DNA of 64,000 nucleotides from Octopus sinensis (lineage: Eukaryota), in contig NW_021833086.1 in assembly GCF_006345805.1 (NCBI RefSeq), positions 1 through 64,000 of the forward strand, in the 5' to 3' direction. The notes under the pieces were generated by a model. That model saw only the letters and a list, made by a program, of their open reading frames with translations. It had not been told where the DNA came from and did not search any database. Position numbers and translations under genes: made by a program. Positions 12,791 to 26,804 of this stretch are shown here, piece by piece. How positions within the stretch are numbered: the first letter of the stretch is position 1; every line of letters begins with the position of its first letter.

Positions 12791-13029
12791 AAATAGTAAT
12801 AATAATTTGGTGTAAAAGATAAACTACGGCAAATATTCTGCTCAATACCACAGATTTGTCAGTTTCTTGATCTTAACCAGTTGAGCATGTTCCTTAATGA
12901 CTGATGATGTGTGCATCTCTGATCACGAGCAGAAGTAGTAGGGGAGCATCATAGTCATGTGTTGAGAGGAATTCTTTGGGGTTTGAATAATTCATCCCTA
13001 GAAACATTGGTGCTTCGTTAATCATCCTT

Positions 13030-14640
13030 AAACAGCCCTCATTGAGAATGAGAATGGGCTTCTCGACCTGAGGGAAATTTTAACAGGGCCCCATCGGCAA
13101 AGCCATGTGTTGTTTATCTTGGACATCATCTAGCTGAACTCAATGCTTGCAGCGTTGCCCTGGTGGGTTGGTGTTTGTGCTTCAACAGAGCAACGCGCTT
13201 CTCCATTCGCGCATTGAGCTCATTCGCGCTAGCTTCAAACCAGTCGTGTATCACTCTACACCTCCCCACAAAGGCCTTCAGTGCAGTGCACAGGTTTGTT
13301 GTTCCTTAGAGAGTCCCATATGTGCTGCACATTACTTTTCAGTGCATCTGTAAGGAAGGCGTCCTCCAGCGATTTGAGGAATGCATCTGCCTTGGCTAAC
13401 TGTTGGATCGCAGTAGCATTGATACGCTGCTTGCCTGGCGGCTTGGCGAAGTGCATCATTTTTGGTTAGAGTTTGAGATAGCAGCAGACCAAGGAGTGAT
13501 CTATGTCACAGTCAGTGTTCTGAAAGTATCGAGTCAGAAGCACGTTCCTCAGGTGGTTGAGTCTTGTGAGTATCAATTCTAGCTGATATCAATGCTCTGC
13601 GCGTAATAGAGTCAATGGAGTATACAGAGCTCAAGCAGCTGTTGTCCATTTTCATTCATGTTGTCGACACCATACCGTTCCAGACACCCTGTCCTGGACC
13701 GGCTCCTAACTGTTCTCTATTTGGGAACACTTGTATTTTCTAGAGAGCTGATCGTAAAACTTATCCTTATCGCCTTGTAAGGAATATAAGTTTGGGACAT
13801 AAGAGGGCGGGGACAAGATTGACAGGCCCATCTGAAATGTGCAATTGGAGTGAGAGAATTCGCTTCGAACCGTCACTGCTGAGCTCCCACCAACTTCAGT
13901 AGGGAGTTCCTCACAGCAAAGTTGACACCATTCTCTCTTGCTTTATTTTTACTTTTTCCCTGCTGAAAAAAAGGTATACTATCTTTCACGAAGGGTCCCC
14001 GAATCTGGGAACCCCGTTTCACTGCTGTCTTGCGAGTGTCGCTAAACATTTGAAGATCCTCCGACAGATCAGTTGTCATGGTCCGTATGTTCAAACATCC
14101 AAGTCTCAACACAGTTTATCGTTTTTCTTGCTGTTTACAGCCCACGATTCAGGGTATTAGTATCCTTAGGTCCCACACACCCAGTGGAGCAGGTGGACTA
14201 CTGACTAGGGACTGCACAGCTTGATGCGGACGGTAGCTGACCAGTGAGACACAATAGTCTCTCTCTTGCGCCTACACCGATCGTTTACAGTCTCAAAACC
14301 AGTAGACTATAGCTTTCCATGTTTTGCCGCTGTGGAGGACGACCCTGGAGTGTCCTCTCTATGGTGCAGGCCAGGGTAGGGTTGCAAATATAGCACAGCT
14401 CCATCTCTACCGTCACCAGTGTTATCCAAGGGAAGAGTTGGGGCTAATACGACTTGGCACCAGTGAGTGAGGGCGCAGGGGTTGCAAGAACGAAGTTGTA
14501 TATAACCACAAATAGCTTTCAGGACTCCGACTCTGGATTTTTCCTCGGGCTTTACTCCCGAAGCTCTTCACTTAAATGGGTATAGCTGCAAGGCAGTAGA
14601 GGTTTAAAATAAAAGTTTTCCTTCTCTTAGGTGGACTGTC
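13030..14640 (-). mobile_element. RTE-clade LINE, 5' part (5' UTR, AP-endonuclease fragment, linker), heavily deleted
   Basis: LRLGCLNIRTM (APE motif I), ARENGVNFAVRNSLL and the DWFEASANEL linker typical of RTE/BovB-like ORFs. A GC-richer 5' UTR lies at about 14130-14640. Confidence 0.8.
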
Positions 14641-14966
14641 TTTCTTGAGCAGGAGCCAGGGAACTTTTTTTAACCAATTACCCCAAAATATATTTATTTA
14701 CACTGACGTTACCTCCTTGATTCGAAAGGAAGAAAATCATAGATTCTTTGAATTCAAAAGATTTATTGAATCTCATTATATAGAGAATACCACCCAACCT
14801 GCAAGGTCATATACTGTTTATCTTGATATGAGATAACCATGTCGAACACATATGGTTGTTATGCATGTGTGTAGTGTACCCTTATCAGACGGGTAGTTAT
14901 GATGGGTATATTGGGCTTCGTATATTTACCCCAGTGTCATTTGCTGGATGCTCTGCTCTCTCATTC

Positions 14967-14967
<1 letters not shown>

Positions 14968-15040
<73 letters not shown>

Positions 15041-15079
15041 TAATAATAATAATAATAATAAAATAATAATATAATAATA

Positions 15080-15115
<36 letters not shown>

Positions 15116-15140
15116 GAAGAAGAAGAAGAAGAAGAAGAAT
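14968..15140. repeat. (AAT)n/(GAA)n microsatellite
   Basis: Direct reading. Confidence 0.97.
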
Positions 15141-15146
15141 GATAAT

Positions 15147-15303
15147 AGGCATGTGGCCTGAAAATTTTGTGAGGTGGAGGCTTGTCGATTACATCGATTC
15201 CAGTACTCAGCTAGTACTATCTTATCGACTTCGAGAGGATGAAAGCTACAATTGATCACAGCGGAATTTGAACTCAGAACGTAAAGACGGACGAAATGCC
15301 GCC
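15147..15303 (-). mobile_element. degenerate tRNA-SINE related to family 1
   Basis: Contains GTCGATTACATCGA…TTATCGAC…GGATGAAAG…GCGGAATTTGAACTCAGAACGTAAAGACGGACGAAATGCC. Confidence 0.75.
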
Positions 15304-15325
15304 ACCGCTGCTGCTGTTGCTGCTT

Positions 15326-15371
<46 letters not shown>

Positions 15372-15631
15372 AAAGGCAACAAGAACAACAACAGCAGCAA
15401 CAGCAGTAGCGACAACGACGACAACAACAACAAAAATAACATTATTTTCTAGGTTATACCTGACCCTCATTTTCATTAAGCTAGCGATATATGACGTTGC
15501 GAAAGAATTTCGCAAAATTTCAGTTATTTGTCTTTCAAGTGTTAGATTGCATTAAGTACAGTACTCCATATTCACTACCTACCTACCTACCTACCTACCT
15601 ACCTATGTATGTATGTATGTATGTATGTATG

Positions 15632-15670
<39 letters not shown>

Positions 15671-15897
15671 TTATATATTATCAATGTGAGTTTAGAGAGA
15701 TATATTTTCCGGGCTGTGGTGGCTCTCAATAATGTTCCAAGTTAAGGCTAACCGCATCAATTAGTACTTAACATCTATGACTATTAGGAGTTGTCACTCA
15801 CACTGTAAATTCCCCCGATGGGTATTTGTACAAGTTGACTCCAAGTCTCAACCAGAGACCTCAAGAGACAACCAATTAGAAGTTCAAGTTGGTGTTA

Positions 15898-15946
<49 letters not shown>

Positions 15947-16499
15947 CACGGTGATTACTCCATCCTGTGCTTCATCGTTGTCAATGGCATTTTTGACTTG
16001 CCATATGTGACCTCTCAGATGACTATCCAGTCCCGTTGCAGACGTCCATAGTTTGAAGTACACTTGACAAACGAATGGTGTATTTTACTGTAATCTTCCA
16101 ACTGGTTAGGTCTGCACACGTCGCCACTCTTTTATCGCCACAAGACTTTCAGTAGAGAGAATGTCAATTGAAGTCATCATAAAGAGACGTCTGTACACCA
16201 ATAGATTATAGTAACAGGCCAAAGTGAAATGACCAATAATCACGTAAAACAGCAGGTTTTCCATCAGAAAATGCTGTGATAACAACTACGGGACCCTGTG
16301 ATAACTAGGGGAGCTTTATTGCGCGTTGTGACAGCAACTAAACGTATTTCTGCGTCCCTACTCACAGATGGAACGCCATCACATACGCTAGTTAACGCAT
16401 AACTGGATCACTGACAAGTGCTACTATTCCGGGTCAGTGTAGACCATAAAATAATTGTGACTAAGTGGTGATTCCATACTTTTCAAAATTCTAGGATTC

Positions 16500-17985
16500 C
16501 CAAACCAGTCTATACACGGTGATCCCACACAACGAAGGACTTCTTGCACTTAAACACTTCCTGGACCTTCAACCCAACCCTCAACCTGATGCCTCCACGC
16601 TTCTTCGTCTGGCTGAACTTGTTCTCTTCTTCAACTGCTCCTCGTTCGCGGGGGATTTTTACCAACATTTCTCGGGTGTGGACATCGGGAACGTGCATGA
16701 GCCCCAACTATGCGAACCTGTTCGTTGGCTACGTTGAGGCCCAAATATTCTCAACGGTTCACTGGTCCCACTCCCCGAACAATACGGTCGTTACATTGAG
16801 GACTATATCGGTGCGACCTCACTCTCCCACGAACAACTGACTCCTTCTCTCTTGTCCAATCCTTCCATCTTACCCTCGAATTCTCCGTCGAATTTCTCGA
16901 CATTTCTGTCAACATACACCACTCCGCTCTCACCACCTCCATCCGCTACTATCACACCGACTCACACTCCTACCTCAACTTCTCCTCCTCCCACCCTACC
17001 CACACCAAGCTCTCCATCCCCTATTCCCAATTCCTCCTTCTGCGCAGGCTCTGCAGTGACAAGCACGACTCAGTCTCAACTCATGGCTCGCCACTTCATC
17101 CTTCGTGGATATTCCCCCACCACTAACCACAAAGCCCTTGCCAGGACACGTTCCGTAGATCGTGCCTCTGCTCCCTCTCTCCGAACCCGCCCCGCCGTTG
17201 CCCGTCTCGCGTTTTCCCTTATCTACCACCCCTCCAACGTGACATTCCCCGAGCAACGTAGCATTGTTCCAGCGACTCCAGTCCGACCCCTACACCTCGC
17301 ACATTTTCCCTAATCTACCTCTTCCCTCTATCAAATGAGTCCACAACCTGCGTGACCTCCTGGTTTACAGTTTCTTCTCTACCCCCCACCTCCCAGCCGG
17401 CCCGTTCTCCTGTTTCCGCCCATGCTGCCGCACTTCCTCTCTTCTCTCATACGCACTATTCCCCCAACCCCTACCCACACTTCCACCCTACCACCACAGC
17501 CCCACAGCCCCACAGCCGCATCACCCCCACATCACTCCGCACACATTTGCACTGACCACTTCCCAGCACACACACTACACACCATCGTCCGCATACCCAT
17601 GCACCATCATCCACACACCCACGCGTTAAAGACGTATACACTTACACACGCACACATTAACACACGTTAAAGTCACTAGTCCCTATCTAGACACACACAC
17701 ACATTCTCACATACATACACACACACGCACACCTTCGTTTTGGATCACCAATACTTTATTACCTCCCCTGCTTTCAATCTCTCCCGTCAAACCATTTTTT
17801 CTGACTAGTCACCATGCTTGACCGCTAAATCCACAAGTTCATTAAGTTAGGTCTGTGTTTCTTTTCTCTTATTCCTTTCTGTTGAAGAGCGTAGGCTCGA
17901 AACGTAAAAGACTTTTGCACTTTCCCAAGCGTCAAATACACCTGCATTTTGTTCATACACCTATCTTCGTATTTTGTCATATATA
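16500..17985 (+). mobile_element. Penelope-like element remnant (RT fragment plus terminal repeat)
   Basis: LYTVIPHNEGLLALKHFLD…TLLRLAELVL…GTCMSPNYANLFVGYVE is characteristic of Penelope-type RT, with frameshifts. The terminal repeat at about 17730-17985 carries a hammerhead motif. Confidence 0.85.
17877..17912 (+). ncRNA. minimal hammerhead ribozyme-like motif (C3 to U variant)
   Basis: UUCUGU-UUGAAGA-GCGUAGGCUC-GAAAC-GUA-AAAGAC. Stem III is loopless (AC/GU), the cleavage triplet is GUA, and stem I has 4 of 5 pairs. Confidence 0.5.
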
Positions 17986-18017
17986 TATATATATATGTGT
18001 GTGTGTGGTGGGGGGGG

Positions 18018-18340
18018 GGGCGTGTAAGTCGACCTAGCGCATAAGCCGATCTTTAAAATTCTGAGGTATATGCTTATATTCGCTTATATTCGCCGGATAA
18101 GACGATCCCCCACAAAACAAATAAGGTAATTCAAAATTGTTGTAAAATAAAATTGTATTAATTGTATTAGTTTCGTTTCTTCAGTAGGAAATAATTGTGG
18201 GGGTATGCTAGAGTTATGACAAGTGGTTACCCCTTAGTAATAATGGTTCACATTTTATATTTAGCGGGTAAGTCGACTCCTAGTTTGGAGAGATTTTTAG
18301 GCTCTTCAAATATCGACTTATACGTCGGCATATACAGTGC
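18018..18340. mobile_element. degenerate pogo/Tigger-like MITE
   Basis: TAAGTCGAC/TAAGCCGA subterminal motifs on the left and CGACTTATACGTCGGCATATACAG on the right, resembling pogo-family TIRs. The left terminus is eroded. Confidence 0.4.
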
Positions 18341-18355
18341 ATAGATATATGTACA

Positions 18356-18397
<42 letters not shown>

Positions 18398-18584
18398 ATA
18401 TTATCTGTGTATCTATCAACGCACACACACACACACACACACGTACACGCACATTTTATCATGGAGAGTAACGTTGATTATATATATATATATAAACTTA
18501 CAGGAAAAAATTAGATTAGAATTAATAAAATTTCACAGTATAAATATATAAAATATGAATTTGAGATCCCTAATTCATATTTTA

Positions 18585-18615
<31 letters not shown>

Positions 18616-18616
18616 G

Positions 18617-18714
<98 letters not shown>

Positions 18715-19041
18715 TGTTGTATGTATGTATGTATGTATGTATGTATTAAGAAACTGGACTCCCTGTGGGAATCAGATGTGTCACGTTTGCTTGCTATTAC
18801 GCATTCGGTTAGCTAGAGAGCAGTGTGCTTAAACACCTGCTGTTCCCCGCTTCCTTCTTCAGATATACTTAGATAATATTCTGATGCTGATTTCACTCAG
18901 ACGAATGGGCAAATTAACATGTACAACTTGTTCGAGAATGTCGATCGCAACGACACAGACTTTGAAGTAGAACATCTTGAGGACTTTCACATCTCCCACT
19001 CCTCTTTCTTTTTTTCGTTCTTCCATTCTGTCTTTCTTTTT

Positions 19042-19076
<35 letters not shown>

Positions 19077-19494
19077 CAGATACTATTTTTGGACTTAAAA
19101 TTGCAAAAAAAAAGAAAAAAAAGAAATCAATGCTATCTTCTACAAAAAAGCTGCATGCTGAGGTTCTCTACGTTTACGACAGCTCAGTCCTGCCTACCAC
19201 AATGATAATGATGATGTGTCAATGGTGATTATTATAACTTAAACAGGATCTCCCTTCAGTAATTCTTTTTGTGTAAGATGCTCGTTCTTGACTACCACGC
19301 CTATCTTTGGCGACGTGGTGTGATGGGGTCATTATCCTACGTTTATACAAGAAATGATTTTATCTCATTCACTTTATTTTATTTCTATTTTTAATAGAGC
19401 TAAACATTTTGATACACACTTGCATGGGAGAAACAGAAAGTAGTCACGTCGTAGCTCATGGATAAAAACGATAAACGTCGCCCTTTTCAAGCCT

Positions 19495-19780
19495 AACCAG
19501 GCTCATGGGCCCAGTTTCCCGGTTTCTGTGGCGTATGTGTCCCCCCCTCCAGCTGGACGGGACGCCAATCCATCGCAGCGTTACTCAAGAAACAGGAAGA
19601 GAGAGTGAGAGAAAGTTGTGGTGAAAGAGTACAACAGGGGTCGCCACCACCCCCTGCCGGAGCCTCGTGGAACTTTAGGTATTTTCGCTCAATAAACACA
19701 CACAACGCCCGGTCTGGAAATCGAATCCGCGATCCTCCGACTGCGAGTCCGCTGCCCTAACCACTGGGCCATTGCGCCTC
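19495..19780 (-). mobile_element. tRNA-derived SINE, family 2 (full length)
   Basis: Minus strand GGAGGCGCAATGGCCCAGTGGTTAGGGCAGCGGACTCGCAGTCGGAGGATCGCGGATTCGATTTCCAGACC gives A and B boxes, followed by a unique body. Confidence 0.85.
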
Positions 19781-21479
19781 CCAGCTCATAGATACAATGA
19801 GTTTTTTTTTCAGTCTAATACTCCACTGAAAACTCACTTAACTATTGCTTTGCAATGAGTTTGGCGTTTCCAAGTTTAACCTTTGTTTTCGCAATATGCT
19901 AACGTTTCATACATACTCGAGTGTACATCTGTTATCAGCAAGTCTGTGCTTCACCAAGTATATCTAATAAAACCGAAACTTGTCCCAAACTGTCTTCATT
20001 ACTTGTCGAAATGATGGAAAATATGTTGATCAATGATGACGAACATAGCCTTTATTTTTCGTTATCACACGTGTATTCGCCGCTAGATTTTTTATGCGTA
20101 CATGTACTTGCATATGATAACTCTAAGTTAACAACTGCTATTTCTTTTATAACAACAAATACATCATTGCAAAACATAACAACACTCTTACATGAACTTA
20201 TGAAATAGTCAATAAATTATTGGCTAAACTGGCAAAATGACCATTCCTAAATACAACAATAAATATTTCTTTTTAAATAAATATATTTTACTTATTAAAC
20301 TAACTGATAACATTTTAAATTATAACAGTTAAATAAAAAGAAACAAAGAAATAGAAAAAGAAAAAGAAGAAAGAAAAAGGAAAGGGTTAAGCAGCAGGAC
20401 ATGAAGGGGGAGGGGAAAATGATCCACATACTCCAGAACAAATGGTGTGCTCTGCTGTTCCCCGCAGTCATGACTGCGATGGCGTTGCCGTGGAGAGTGG
20501 TCAGTCACGCTAGCTGCAGCATCCATTCCAACTCGCGGGTCTCATTTCTCAGATAGGCCTTCGTTTTCCCTATTTTGCGGAAGGAATCTGCTGTGCGGTA
20601 TCCGAGAAAACCTGACGTCTCAACGGCGACTGGCACAAACTGATAGTGGTCGGCTAATCACTTGTCTTTATTGACTTTTCTCTCCTCTGTGTTACGGGCG
20701 ACGATACCCGGGTTTGCAGCCGATGCAGCTAGATTGGAGACGGAGAACGGCTCGGACTAGGGATCTGCCACCCTCGAATAGAAAGAGGTGGGCTACTTAC
20801 CGCCCCCGTGGTCAAGACCTATTGGCTCCAGTTGAGACGGGAAACAAGCCGCGTCGCTACCCTTTTTGATTACGTCATTCAGAGAGGAGTATCAGAGTAT
20901 CCGGCCCACGCAGGATAATGGATGCAGGCCGATCATAGACTACGCTCCACAACGGCGTTTGTGCGGCTCACACGCGTGGAAAGTAACGTTAGCTGAGGAG
21001 GGAATCGAATTGAGCCATGCGTCCCTGTTTCACTGCGAAGCGGAAAGGAGACAAGCGAGGTGGAGCTGGTCTAATGATCTTAATCCGCCTGAAAGTAGAC
21101 TCGCATCTGATGCCATCCCAGTTACGTTGGACGTTTATACATTAACATAAATCAGGTTACTTTTAGTGCTACATGTCACAAATAACCCAGTATAAATTTG
21201 TTGCATTGTCGGGTAATCAGCGAAACCAGTAACATTGGCAAAGTGGGTGGTTTTTGTTGGATACTCTGCAGGACATAAAACAAAACACTCAACTGAAAAA
21301 TTCTATGATGGAATGAAAGCGTGTATCAGCACGGGATGTATACTCTCTTCACACCCACTGTAAAACATGTCCATCATTCCATCATCAGTGTAAAAGGGTG
21401 GAGGATGTTTCTAACAGGACTGAAAAATATATATACACGTTGCTTTTAGAGAACAGTCAAGCGGCAGCTACAAATCAAC

Positions 21480-21630
21480 TCATACCTTGTGTGCGAAACT
21501 AATTTTTACAGCTGAGTGAACTGGAGCGACATGAAATAAGGTGTCTTCATAAAAGAATACAACACGCAGCCCGGTTCGGGAATCGAACTCACTACCTCAT
21601 GATTATGAACCTGATGCTTTAACCACTAAA
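21480..21630 (-). mobile_element. tRNA-derived SINE, family 3 (partial)
   Basis: AGTGGTTAAAGCATCAGGTTCATAATCATGAGGTAGTGAGTTCGATTCCCGAACCGGGCTGCGTG. Homologous to 43670-43825. Confidence 0.75.
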
Positions 21631-22167
21631 TTGAATAAAATTTGGGTAAGATCCTTGTAGTATGCTATACAAAGCTCGTCCACAGGTATTGGCTACTGAA
21701 TGTCTAAATACATTGAGAATACTCCTCTTTCTGATGAAAATTTCTACTGTAAAAATTTCCAATTGCCACTATGTCTTTGCAATTGTATGTATCTCTGTAG
21801 TTCCAGCTTGTAGAAATACTTGCTGGCAAGTATCATTATGTATATTAATATCGGATGCAAGATAGGAAAAAATATTTGTGCATCTACTTACATAGATTAC
21901 ACATAATTTTAGCTGCGATACTTGTGAATAGAGGAATGTAATTATATAAAACTATCTAGACCTGTGTACACGGATTCTATTCTTTCATATGCATGTTTAT
22001 GCAGTTGTATGTATCACTGTGGTGCAAGGCTGAACAAGTAATTCTTGTCAAGTAACAGCATGTGTATAAATTTCAGATGACAGGGAAAATGTTTATATAT
22101 CTACTACATTGATGACATATAGAATTAACTAACTGTGAATATGTGTGAATGCATAAGTATAGTAATA

Positions 22168-22632
22168 CAAAGTGTCCCAGAATTAACTATCCATTTCAGT
22201 GAAATCCGACAAATTTTTTTAAAAAGATGACAGAATTTTAAGTTTGTTACTTAATTAAGATACTAAAGCAAATAGATTTATAAATCTTATCAAAACTTTC
22301 TGTATCGCTGCAAATTCTAAGTTATCCTTAGCATTGCGAAACACATTTTGAAGCTCTTCAGGAGTTATCTCCTGCACTATTGCTCCATCCTGGGGGTGGA
22401 GAGAGAGGAAATGATTGCAGCCAAGTTGAAGAGAAGCTGTCATGGACCGATAAGCGGGATCCAACAGAAATGAAAATAAAATAATAAAAGAAAATTATAA
22501 AATTAAAAAATATAAACAAAATAAAAAAATTATAAACTTTTTACATATTAAACGTGATAAACAGATGAAAGTGAGTTTTTAAAAAAATTGTCCGATCTCA
22601 CTGAAATGGATAGTTAATTTTGGGACACTATA
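22168..22632 (-). mobile_element. internally deleted Tc1/mariner-type DNA transposon with ~55-bp TIRs
   Basis: 22171-22225 (AGTGTCCCAGAATTAACTATCCATTTCAGTGAAATCCGACAAATTTTTTTAAAAA) is the near-exact reverse complement of 22576-22629, with TA at 22166-22167. The internal peptide AIVQEITPEELQNVFRN resembles a mariner transposase C-terminus. Confidence 0.75.
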
Positions 22633-22734
22633 AAACTATTTGCACCTATGTAAGCAAATTCTAGTCATTCAACGGTGGAGTGAACTTCCGTCGCTCAGAG
22701 ACTCAGAACTCAACATATTTCTATATTAATATAA

Positions 22735-22872
22735 TTCCGCTGTGGTTAACTTTACCTTCCATCATTTCGGGGTCGATAAAATAAATAACAGTTGAAAACA
22801 GATGTCGATGTAATCGACTTATCTTATTCCCCTAAATTGCTGGCTCTGTACCAAAATTTGAAACCGATATTA
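22735..22872 (+). mobile_element. 5'-truncated tRNA-SINE related to family 1
   Basis: CCTTCCATCATTTCGGGGTCGATAAAATAAATAACAG…GTCGATGTAATCGAC. Confidence 0.7.
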
Positions 22873-25800
22873 ATATCTATCTATACTATAATGGCAAAAG
22901 CTGCTTATTAATTAGGTATGTAACAGTTACTAAAATTACTAAAAGAAAGCAATCATTAAAAGGTTGACCGTCTGGAAATACTTTTAGAAATTCATGTTCT
23001 AAGAAATTTCCTATAGTTTCGATTTATCAAGTTTATTGAATTTTTTAATTCCAATTTCTCGCAAATTTAAATATTCATTACACTCACTGCGTCCAATTCT
23101 TCATATTCATTACATTCACTGCGGAGTATTTCATTTTTACTTGCAATGACTCTCAGTTTCTCTTTCAGTGGTTTTCATTTCAAGTTTTAATTCGCTATTT
23201 GGAGAACTGACAGTTTATTCTATTGATGTATACGTAATGTAAAAACATTATTTATTGAATGGAATTTTTTTTAAATACCCGTATAATTTTTGTAAAACAA
23301 ATTTTAAAATGATTTCCTGTTTGGAACACAATAAGCCTTACAATAATTTTCTGGACCGATTTTGGCCATTTTCTTTTTAACTTAAAAACCATGGGAGGAG
23401 TCTTTTCGGTAAAACAAAAGCAAAACAAATTGTAAATATTTTCTGAGGAAAAGGTGAACAATTCAAGGGAGGTTTCGCCGTTGTTTCTAGCATAACCCAA
23501 ACCACCCCTCTCTTTTCACTCTCACGTGTATTGATGTTTTATGGAATGATGATGTTTAAGGAATATTCATCCACTTATTCGTTAATTATTTGAGTAAAAA
23601 TTCAGTTGATTGAACAACCGAAAACTCACAAGGAGACCGACGGAGAAACTATCAACTTATATTTATATGTAGGTAGGCATGTATAAATGTAACCATTTAC
23701 GTATGTATGTATTTATGGATGTATGTTACAATTTTTAAAAAATAGTTTAAATTTTTCCGATTAAAAGAAAACCCAAACAGTAACTGGTTCCTTACAATGA
23801 AACAAACTTCCATCACTGGAATTTATTTACGAACAACAGTGAAGAGATCCAAGTTGACTGAAGAAAAGCCTTGCATATTTTCGACACACTGTACTGTACT
23901 TACATAGCATTATACCTATCACGTACCTTATTTACCGGTGTAAAAGACGCTTTTACAAAACGCGCCTTTATTTTAGAAGTATATTTTAAGGAAGAGATAA
24001 TTTTAAAGTAGTTTTGTAGGCTGACGATGTACAATTCTGTGCATGTAAATATAATGTTGTGATAGCATACTGTACCAAAATAGGAAACCATAAATTTATT
24101 ATACATAAGCTTGTACCATTTAAAAATTTTCTTTTCTTTCAGATTGACTGTATAGTTATTTACATTTTGGCCAAGAGAATTGTGATACAGGATATAAACT
24201 CATTTTTCTAGCTTTGATATTTTGTGTAACAATGATCAGTTGCCAGAGTGACGCACCTCTCTAGAAATAGCTGACAAATGAAAGTTCAATATTCCTATCA
24301 TCCTTCTAGAATTTCCATTTAGATAATTAAAAAGTGTTTAACAACATAAGGCACACACAAGATGGGGGTTATGTATGCTGTTGAAAGAGATATAATGAGA
24401 TGGTTTAACCTCTCCACATACTTGACTTGTTTTCAATATATTATTATGAGTAACAATCATTTTGTACCTTGTGGAGTAGGGCTCATCTAGCTCCCTAGCC
24501 TGCAACACTCGGCCCCCTGTTCGCAATACGGCCGCATTAAACTCAGAACAATGTTTTGATAAATTCAAAAAAAATTAAAAGTGCGTCTAAAACGCCCGCA
24601 AATATGATACGTACTACCAGTTGGTCATTTTCTTTGCCTGAAAAGCATAACTTCACGAGATTACCTTCTAGATATTTTCTAATTAGGGAAGTACCACGAT
24701 AATTATATATATGTAAAAGTGAATCTATAATCTGGGAGGGACGCTATAATTTCCAAAGCAGTTGTCTTTAAATGTTATCTTTCTCACCGATTTAAGGGTG
24801 GGTGGGTGGGAAAGAAATCTCTCACATCACTAAAGGGCAGCTGATTTCTATAACTGTACATAACTTTTCTGCTCTGTTCCAAACGGCTATATCAAGCCTG
24901 TTATGTTTTGCATTTTGCAGGAGTTTTGTTGAGAATGTTCCACTAATATTACTCCTGTTGATATATATGCACTCAAACTCAGAAATATGTTTGTAATTTA
25001 TGTATGCGCGTTATCTTTATCTTTTTTTTTTAATTAAATATTTGAATGTGTATGTATGCTTATATGTACGCATGTGTGTGTATTTATGTATGTTTGTATG
25101 CATATATGCGCATGTGTAGTATATAAGTTTTTATTTTAGAGTAAATATATTCATACACTATATTACATATTCACACATACACAAATATGCACACATGCAC
25201 ATACACACACACATAGGCGTTGCATTTTTTTATGGTAAACACTTCTACATTTCATCACATATCGCTGTAGGCTTCCCCTTTTCTCTATCTTGTTTATGTC
25301 CTATTTTGACGTACAGGAGGCAAATAAGGATATTCCTCCTCCTCCTCAACCTCAACTTTTCACATTTTTATTCGCCCACTCCCACCGCCTTCGATTTATA
25401 TATCTTTTCTTATCACTACTTTTTCCTTACTTATTTATTGCTTTATCTTCATTTCTTTGTTCGTTTCACCCTCATAATGTATGTGTGTGTATAAATACAC
25501 ACAAACACATACACACACACACACAATTATTATTGGTAGTAGTAGTATTAACATATAATTTTGGAATCCGCGGAATTTATTTCTGATAAAATTCCTAACG
25601 TCAACTTTATAGAATTTTTGGAATCTTCGAATCGGATGCGTGAATTTCAATAAGGAATCCTTTAAATTCTGTTAAAAAGTTTGAGAAAATATCTAATCTT
25701 TACATCTGAGATACCAGTTTGTTGTTATGATGTTCGTGTTTTTGTTTTTTTTGTTGCTGTTGTTGTTTGTTTTTTTAAAGTGTAATTTCTTTTACAACAA

Positions 25801-26752
25801 AGCTCAACTCCTAAAAATATATTTGATTCATTGAATACAAATTCTTGTTGGCTTCAGTATTATTACTAAAACTGTTGTTGTTTAGTTCCAGGTTCCTTCT
25901 GGTCCAGAAAACGTTCTCGCTGCGACCATCCTGTCTTTTATTTAGACACAGTGTATCTAAATTTTGTTTTGTATAATGTGTCATTTCCCCACCGTTGTTT
26001 ATACTTAGGTCAGTCCTGACTGCACAACACTTGAGACCAAAGAGTTTTAGCTGCATCATTTCCCCTAATTTTTCTTGGTTTCATTTATCCCATTTGAGAC
26101 ATAGAGTGTGGTTTGAGGAATATTTGGATACTATTTCTAGCGGGTCGAAGAAATATGTAGGGACCATTTGCATTTGTTGATGTCAGCGTTATAATAATTA
26201 TGTCTATGTACCCCCACCACTACCCCACCACCACCACCACCACCACCACCAACAACAACAACAACTACTACTACCACAACGACACCACCACCACCACCAC
26301 CACTACAGCAACAAGAATAACAACGACTGCAAAACCTGGCAGTTGTCGAAGTTGACACTGTTAGCAGTCCAGTATGAATATTACAGATCACTAATGAGAG
26401 TAATTTAAACTCTGAACATATGTGCATACATGCATACATACATACATACATACATACATACATACATACATACGTACGTACATACATACATACATACATA
26501 CATACACACATACATACATACACGCAATCGGTCTGTTGTTAATGAAATGTACGTAAGATGATGTAACAAAATATTTTATAAGCAAACTCTCCTGTTTCGT
26601 TTTGCTTATTCTACGTACACCGTGACATATCCAGCTGTAGAACCAAAACCAAGGAGTATAAGAGTTTTCCTTACGTTCCACAAGAATAAACATGAAACTC
26701 TGAATAATGATTATTTGTCATCCAGTTCAAATTTAGTTCGAACTATACTAAT

Positions 26753-26804
<52 letters not shown>

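Noticed and set aside
20690-21147. Definite solo LTR call
   Set aside because: TG…CA-like ends are present but there is no matching 4-6-bp TSD, PBS or PPT. Kept only as an unexplained island.
22255-22464. 69-aa ORF as a host exon
   Set aside because: It lies between the TIRs of a Tc1/mariner derivative and resembles a transposase C-terminus.
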